Part shown: in pieces, positions 38,809 through 44,545 of the stretch
Layout: each line of letters begins with the position of its first letter
Position numbering within the stretch: position 1 is the stretch's first letter
Origin: Tannerellaceae bacterium
GTDB lineage: Bacteria > Bacteroidota > Bacteroidia > Bacteroidales > Tannerellaceae
Assembly: GCA_031267775.1 (NCBI GenBank)
Contig: JAIRYL010000186.1
Coordinates: 1-44,545 of the forward strand
Direction: 5' to 3'
Length of the DNA: 44,545 nt
The notes under the pieces: generated by a model
What the model saw: only the letters and a program-made list of their open reading frames with translations
Databases searched by the model: none
Told to the model about the DNA's origin: nothing
Position numbers and translations under genes: made by a program

Positions 38809-39273
38809 ATGTCGGCACAAAAGAAAAAAGAACTGCAGGTAGCCGCTTTGGAAAACGGAACGGCTATCGACCATATTCCGCCCGGCCAGTTATTTAAAGT
38901 AGCCCATCTGCTTGAATTGGAAAAGATGAACAACACGATTACGATTGGGAATAATTTTTACAGTAAAAAAATGGGACGGAAAGGGGTTATCAAAATTGCC
39001 GGTAAATTCTTTGAAGAAGATGAAATAAACCGCATAGCGCTCATTGCTCCTAACGTAATACTGAATGAAATACGCGATTATGAAGTGATAGGCAAATATA
39101 CGGTTACATTGCCCGACGAACTTACCGGTATAGTAAAATGCAATAACAAAAAATGCATTACCAACAATGAGCCGATGCTTACCCGTTTTGATGTAATAGA
39201 TAAGGAAAAAGGCACTGTTAAATGCCGTTATTGCGAACGTAAAATAAATAAAGAAGATATTGTAATTAAATGA
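38809..39273 (+). CDS. pyrI: Aspartate carbamoyltransferase regulatory subunit
   Basis: [15 protein letters not shown]...CRYC zinc site. Confidence 0.95.
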   Translation: MSAQKKKELQVAALENGTAIDHIPPGQLFKVAHLLELEKMNNTITIGNNFYSKKMGRKGVIKIAGKFFEEDEINRIALIAPNVILNEIRDYEVIGKYTVTLPDELTGIVKCNNKKCITNNEPMLTRFDVIDKEKGTVKCRYCERKINKEDIVIK

Positions 39274-39836
39274 AAACAGACTGGAAGCCGGGAACGATGA
39301 TTTATCCCTTACCGGCAGTTATGATTAGTTGCGGCAGCGAACCCGCCGAATTTAATATTATTACGGCAAGCTGGGTAGGCACGCTCTGTACAAATCCGCC
39401 GATGTGCTACATCTCCATCCGCCCCGAACGGTATTCGTATCCTGTTTTAATGAAAAATATGGAATTTGTGATTAACCTCACAACGGAATCCTTAGCTTTT
39501 GCTACAGACTGGTGCGGCGTTACTTCGGGTAAAGATCATGCTAAATTTGAGGAAATGAATCTAACGCCGGGTAAAGCGTCTGTAGTAAAAGCGCCTCTCA
39601 TTGAAGAATCTCCTCTCTGTATAGAGTGCCGGGTGCGGGAGATAATGCCTTTGGGAAGTCACAGCATGTTTATAGCCGACGTCGTCAATATTAAAGCTGA
39701 TGAAAAATACCTGAACGAAACAACCGGCGCTTTTGATTTGGAAAAAGCGGGGCCATTAGCTTATGCGCATGGCAAGTATTATGGATTAGGCAAATGTATC
39801 GGTAAATTTGGCTGGTCGGTAAAGAAAAACAAATAA
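39270..39836 (+). CDS. Flavin reductase-like family protein
   Basis: [43 protein letters not shown]. Confidence 0.88.
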   Translation: MKTDWKPGTMIYPLPAVMISCGSEPAEFNIITASWVGTLCTNPPMCYISIRPERYSYPVLMKNMEFVINLTTESLAFATDWCGVTSGKDHAKFEEMNLTPGKASVVKAPLIEESPLCIECRVREIMPLGSHSMFIADVVNIKADEKYLNETTGAFDLEKAGPLAYAHGKYYGLGKCIGKFGWSVKKNK

Positions 39837-39845
39837 AAAGACAGC

Positions 39846-40553
39846 ATGATAAAAGCCTTTTTAACAGGATTATTTCTTTTGTACTTCCTGTCGGTATATG
39901 CGCAAAATACAGTAAAGGTGGCAGACAAGATGTTTAACTGGGGAGCTAAAGCAGGGCTTAATTCCACCTTTCCGATTATCAATTCAATTGAGGTTGACGG
40001 GCAAAAAGCGGAAAATATTCAATTACAATACAAGGTAGGCGTATTAGCCGCCGCTTTTTGCCGTTTCAATATAAACAGGTTTTTTGTTCAGCCGAGCATA
40101 TCCTGGAGACATGCTTCGGGAGATATCCGTTTCAACCTTCCTTCCGGAGCGGAAGCGCCCGCTGCCGCGCGTAGCTTTGACCTGTTAACGTATAAAGTAA
40201 AGTCGATAGAAGCGCCCGTATTGACAGGCTATAAAATAGTAAACGAAGGGCCTTACGGACTAAGCTTTATGGGAGGCCCTACTATTAAATATCGCTATGA
40301 CGTAAGTTATTTATCCAATTTCTTCGACTCGCCGCGTAAATATGTCAGCGACAGTACGCCGTGGGGAATAAGCTTTGTGTGTGGCGTGGGGGTTACAATC
40401 TGGCGTTTCTTTTTCGACGTTACCTACGAATTTGGTTTAAATCAGGTAGATTCGGATTTTAAAGACAACCGTTCCAGCAAATCCGGCGGAAACGACCTCT
40501 CCATAGATAAACATACCAATGTGATGAGTTTTTCTCTCGGTTTTCTTTTTTAA
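39846..40553 (+). CDS. Outer-membrane beta-barrel (porin/PorT-like family) protein
   Basis: Signal peptide, WGAKAGLN, alternating beta-strands, C-terminal FSLGFLF. Confidence 0.75.
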   Translation: MIKAFLTGLFLLYFLSVYAQNTVKVADKMFNWGAKAGLNSTFPIINSIEVDGQKAENIQLQYKVGVLAAAFCRFNINRFFVQPSISWRHASGDIRFNLPSGAEAPAAARSFDLLTYKVKSIEAPVLTGYKIVNEGPYGLSFMGGPTIKYRYDVSYLSNFFDSPRKYVSDSTPWGISFVCGVGVTIWRFFFDVTYEFGLNQVDSDFKDNRSSKSGGNDLSIDKHTNVMSFSLGFLF

Positions 40554-43439
40554 CTATTTCCCGCAAATATTCTTAAACGGGCAATAAACGCAGGCTTTTC
40601 CCGTCGGCGTTTGAACAAAGGGGGTATCCTTTCCGAATATTTCGTCTAAACAGGCGCGCATATTCGCTTCAAATGCTTCGGTATAATCCGAAAAGCAATC
40701 AACCCTCTTCTTCTCTCTCGCTCCCACGCGATGATAGATACTTACGTCAAAGTCGCCGGCAAAAATCGTACGCATGTAATAAATGCCCGGCCGAACGCTT
40801 TTTTCCCTGTTTTCGGGCAACCGGCTATACATCCAGGCATACATAAAAACTTGCATAACCGCTTTCGGACGTTCTTTTTCTTCTATGCTGAAAAGACTTT
40901 CGAGGGTAGAAAAATGCTGTAATCCTTTACCGCTCTTATAATCGATGATACGCGTTAAATCCCCCACTTTGTCAATGCGGTCGATAAAGCCCTTTAACTG
41001 TATCCCGGAACCGTCCGAAAGGGAGAACAGGTCTTTCATCCTTTTTTCCGACTCCAAATAATAAAAGGGGGTTAACTTACCATCCTGTTCTATTATCCTT
41101 TCTACATATTTGCGAATCATCTCTCCAATCAAAAAATTCTGGCCGGTAAGCGAACAGACCGTCTCGGACTTGAAGAATAAGCCGGCAAATGCGCGAGCGA
41201 TAGACCGGATAATAGCCTCCCTGTCTTTCCCTATTGTGCGGAGCAGATCGGCCGTCACCCATTTACCCTGTAAAGGTTCGTACAGTTCTTCCATTACTTT
41301 ATGAAGAATACTGCCAAACACATCGCTACCAATCGTCTCGCTTACCTCGTCTTCTTCTTTAACGCCTTCTACTGCCAAAAAGTAAAACTTGAGCGGACAA
41401 TCCAGATACGTATTTATGGCGCTGGCCGAAATAGCTTTCTCTCCTCCTGTACGGAAAGAAGCCAAATGCTCCATCACCTCGTCTGTTTTCTTTATTTGGA
41501 CAGGAAAAGCCTTTGACGACGATACATTGTAGACGACCAGCTTCTCTTGCGCCGGCTCTTCATAATGATAATGTAACTGGTGGATAAAGCGGCTTTTTTC
41601 TCCTGTCTGCAAACCGTTGTTGCGCGTATCATACAGCAAACTTACCTTTTTTGCCCGATGGATAAGACGATAGAAATGATACGCCCATACGCTATCCTGG
41701 CGTTCGTAAGTGGGCAAGCCAAAAGCGCGTCTTAAATTATACGGGATAAACGAATTGGCCGTTTTCTTCTGCGGAAAAGTTCCTTCATTCATCGAAAGAA
41801 TAATAACTCTATCAAAATCTAACGCGCGCGTTTCCAGCACGCCCATAACCTGTAACCCGGAAAGCGGCTCGCCGTGAAACGGAATGGTAATCGTATCGGT
41901 TATTCGCTTCAGCAGACGGAAGTAGGTATCAATCTCCATATCTACCTGCGCCTTCCGCATCATTTCCGTTATCTTGTTTACCGTTGTAAAATAGTGGAAT
42001 ATAAACTCCCGTTCCATATCTTTAGGCGAGAAGGCTTGCGTTTCTTCATCTTCCATGCCGGTAGCCGCAGCGGTCATTTGCTTGTTTAATTCTTCCAGCA
42101 CGCTTGTTAAATAGGCCGGCAACCGGGTAACGTCAACGGCGGGCGTAAATAAAATATCCAATAAAGGCGTTTGGTTCAATTCGGCACAATCTATCGTTAC
42201 TTTATTAAATTCCGTAATATGCTTGACTAACCTTGTAATTACTTCCGGATTTGAAGCCGCAATATATTGATGGTTTAATATCTGTAAAACGTCTCTGAAA
42301 TAAAACGCAGGCCGGCGATCAATATAACGTATATTTTTTTGCAAGGCTAAAATACATTCCATCAGCGAGGCCGCCGGCGTTCTTCCCAGCGGATACCCCA
42401 TGGTTACATTTATACGCCGGATTTGCTCCGGTATAGCGTTTAGCACAGGCATTAGCAAGCGCTCGTCCGGCAAAACCACAGCCGTCCGTAAAGCCTCCTC
42501 CGCTGTAAAATTTGTTGTCGCACATAATTTGTCTAACAGGGTATAGACTTGTTTGGCTTGTCCGATAGCCGAAGGTATCCCTATTACTTCTATCTCTGTT
42601 TCGGAAGAAAGGGTTTCTTCAAAAGATAAACGGGAGGGGAAAAGCTGTTTGTTTCGCTCTACAAAATAAGACGCTTTATTATTCGTGTCGGTTACTTTAT
42701 CTGATGCATAATCCCAGTAAAAATCAGTATGGCCTTTTTTTTGCAATTCCAGCAAGAGTTTCTCTTCAACTAAAGAAAGAGCGTTCAATCCAACAAAAAC
42801 GATCTGTTGATAAGGCAACTCTTTGATCCCTTTTTCCGCCATATTTTCCACTACCTCGCGGAATATCATTCCTTCATAACCTTTATTCTCCTCTGCTAAT
42901 GTTTTTTTAAATGCCGCATAGAGTTCGTAAAGTATTTCCCACAAAGCAAGAAAGCGCTGCTGTTTGTCGCTATCGTTTTTAGGATAGAAAGATGACCAAA
43001 ACGAACGGATAGCCGCTATTTGCGTTTCATTCAGAAAACTAAAATCCTTTTCTATTTCGCGCAAGTCTGTTACATTCGTAAATAACTTGCGGGCGTCTAT
43101 CAGATACTTGTCTACATCGTCAAAATCATTCAACAGCAGTTCGCCCCAGTAAAGAAATTCGTCAAAAGTCTCGGTATCATTACTTTTTTCTATATAGATG
43201 GTATACAAAGAAAAAAGCGCCGAAATACGGTCGGCCACCTGCTTGCCGCTTATGGCCAGAAACAAATCGTTTAGCGTAAAAACAGCCGGCGAAAACAAGG
43301 GCTTGTCCGATACCTCCGATAAATACTTCTGAAAGAACAGCCCCGCGCGCCTGTTGGGAAATACAAAGGCGTAATGACTGACGTCTGTGCCGAATGTATC
43401 GTAAAAAAGGGATGCTATCTGGTGTAAAAAAGGTTTCAT
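40554..43439 (-). CDS. AddB-like inactive helicase + PD-(D/E)XK nuclease
   Basis: VFPNRRAGLF, MGVLETRALDFD, YLDCPLKFY, GFIDRID, IIDYKSG, C-terminal CVYCPFKNIC (four-Cys Fe-S pattern). Confidence 0.85.
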   Translation of the reverse strand: MKPFLHQIASLFYDTFGTDVSHYAFVFPNRRAGLFFQKYLSEVSDKPLFSPAVFTLNDLFLAISGKQVADRISALFSLYTIYIEKSNDTETFDEFLYWGELLLNDFDDVDKYLIDARKLFTNVTDLREIEKDFSFLNETQIAAIRSFWSSFYPKNDSDKQQRFLALWEILYELYAAFKKTLAEENKGYEGMIFREVVENMAEKGIKELPYQQIVFVGLNALSLVEEKLLLELQKKGHTDFYWDYASDKVTDTNNKASYFVERNKQLFPSRLSFEETLSSETEIEVIGIPSAIGQAKQVYTLLDKLCATTNFTAEEALRTAVVLPDERLLMPVLNAIPEQIRRINVTMGYPLGRTPAASLMECILALQKNIRYIDRRPAFYFRDVLQILNHQYIAASNPEVITRLVKHITEFNKVTIDCAELNQTPLLDILFTPAVDVTRLPAYLTSVLEELNKQMTAAATGMEDEETQAFSPKDMEREFIFHYFTTVNKITEMMRKAQVDMEIDTYFRLLKRITDTITIPFHGEPLSGLQVMGVLETRALDFDRVIILSMNEGTFPQKKTANSFIPYNLRRAFGLPTYERQDSVWAYHFYRLIHRAKKVSLLYDTRNNGLQTGEKSRFIHQLHYHYEEPAQEKLVVYNVSSSKAFPVQIKKTDEVMEHLASFRTGGEKAISASAINTYLDCPLKFYFLAVEGVKEEDEVSETIGSDVFGSILHKVMEELYEPLQGKWVTADLLRTIGKDREAIIRSIARAFAGLFFKSETVCSLTGQNFLIGEMIRKYVERIIEQDGKLTPFYYLESEKRMKDLFSLSDGSGIQLKGFIDRIDKVGDLTRIIDYKSGKGLQHFSTLESLFSIEEKERPKAVMQVFMYAWMYSRLPENREKSVRPGIYYMRTIFAGDFDVSIYHRVGAREKKRVDCFSDYTEAFEANMRACLDEIFGKDTPFVQTPTGKACVYCPFKNICGK

Positions 43440-43457
43440 CTACTATTAATTTGTATG

Positions 43458-43465
43458 CAAAACTA
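43458..43465 (-). promoter_or_regulatory. -7 element of the AddB-like gene
   Basis: Minus-strand TAGTTTTG 19 nt before the ATG. Confidence 0.5.
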
Positions 43466-43551
43466 CCTAAAATTATCTGTATCATCTGTATTCCGTGCGT
43501 CATATACTGCGGAATACTACTTTCCACGAAGTACTAATGGTTAATAATTTA

Positions 43552-44367
43552 TTAGAGTAATTCGTCTAAAGAAGATAAGTTGATTAAATAAAACGATTCT
43601 GTTGAAATAAAACGATCCGTACCCACTTCAATGTATGGCGTCTTTTGAACATCGCCATTGAATTTCACTTTCATACCCTGTTTTTTAAAGCTGTCGGGTA
43701 TATCCTCAGGGATGTACAGTTCGCCGCCATCATAAAGAACGCCGCCATTGCCATTGCCATTGGCGTCGCCATGTATTGTCCACCTTCCCTGTTGAGGTCT
43801 GTTTGTAAAAAAATAGTACATGGATCCTGTTTTATCCAGTACGCTTTTAAGTTTGAACACAAGACAAGTCTTATAGTCTTCGTTATAGAATTTCATCAGG
43901 CTATCCCCCGGTACATGCTCGCAACCGATAATCCCGGAAGCTATCCGGGCAAACAACTGCGCTTCCCCGTTTTCCTCTTTTGCTTCGGATAAACGGAAGA
44001 ATGGGCGGGAGAGGCTGACTTGTATCTCTGTGTCCAGGATTTTGCCGGTAGCCGTACTGTCGGAATTAAACAACATCGAATAGCCGTCTGCATGGTCTCC
44101 CGGCGCTAATTTCCTTACCGAGTTTGTTTCCATATCAAGAATACCATCCAACTGCCACACTTTTCCGAATAGAAACGGAACTTTTTTAGGCTCCGTCGTA
44201 TAAAGAGGAGGGGAATCGGGAGGCGGATCATTTACAACAGGAAGTTCTTTAGGCTCCGTCGTGGAAACAGGAGAGATTACCGGATACGGATCATTGCCGC
44301 CGCATCCTGTTGTTCCTGATAATAAAAGAACCGGGATCAAGAAGAGTGGTGTTTTTCCTTTTTTCAT
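43552..44367 (-). CDS. Hypothetical lipoprotein
   Basis: Basic N-terminus, hydrophobic core, TTGC lipobox, Pro-rich linker with duplicated TTEPK; WQLDG/YSMLFNSD lipocalin- or META-like segment. Confidence 0.7.
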   Translation of the reverse strand: MKKGKTPLFLIPVLLLSGTTGCGGNDPYPVISPVSTTEPKELPVVNDPPPDSPPLYTTEPKKVPFLFGKVWQLDGILDMETNSVRKLAPGDHADGYSMLFNSDSTATGKILDTEIQVSLSRPFFRLSEAKEENGEAQLFARIASGIIGCEHVPGDSLMKFYNEDYKTCLVFKLKSVLDKTGSMYYFFTNRPQQGRWTIHGDANGNGNGGVLYDGGELYIPEDIPDSFKKQGMKVKFNGDVQKTPYIEVGTDRFISTESFYLINLSSLDELL

Positions 44368-44545
44368 AAGCAGTCAAGTTGAAATGTAACATTTGTTTTC
44401 TGCAATAATTTAGCAGTATGACGAAGATATGAAAAAATATCATTATGAAAACAATTTCCATCTTTTCAATCTCCTGTTCTACCTGTTTTTCCTGTTGTTT
44501 GTACATAGTAACAGGTTGATTTTAGGATCACCTGTAAAATCTTGT

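Noticed and set aside
40554-43439. Cas4 or defence nuclease
   Set aside because: The PD-(D/E)XK Fe-S domain is fused to an ~650-aa inactive helicase region, the AddB architecture; no CRISPR or defence neighbours.
43488-43517. Hairpin GTATTCCG..CGGAATAC as an ncRNA
   Set aside because: An 8-9-bp stem just downstream of the lipoprotein gene; best explained as a weak 3'-end structure.

Overview
Chromosomal window of a Bacteroidales bacterium. Support: TAnnTTTG -7 promoters, the metK-folK-queA-truB-uppP-ftsX and ssb-gldE-gldD gene orders, and a DUF4374 lipoprotein; a Tannerellaceae/Parabacteroides-like placement is my impression only. Left to right: (1) a putative xenosiderophore/iron uptake operon (TonB-dependent receptor, DUF4374 lipoprotein, IroE/BesA-like esterase, ferric-reductase-like membrane protein); (2) truA; (3) a minus-strand glycan-processing cluster without SusC/SusD (DUF5107-TPR protein, an internally duplicated phosphoesterase-FN3-LamG protein, GH50-like hydrolase, GH29 fucosidase); (4) type B L31 (rpmE2) and its promoter enclosed by a 22-bp inverted repeat from a dispersed repeat family; (5) a flavodoxin-domain gene and an AT-rich divergent secreted-protein/HTH pair; (6) housekeeping genes, including metK with a SAM-II riboswitch, a gldE that appears to lack most of its membrane domain, pyrBI and an AddB-like nuclease. 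I found no rRNA, tRNA, CRISPR array, transposase or recombinase. The most unusual signals are the IR-flanked promoter+rpmE2 cassette, the duplicated phosphoesterase within the glycan cluster, and the variant iron-uptake operon. All protein calls come from motif recognition by eye; no database search was run.
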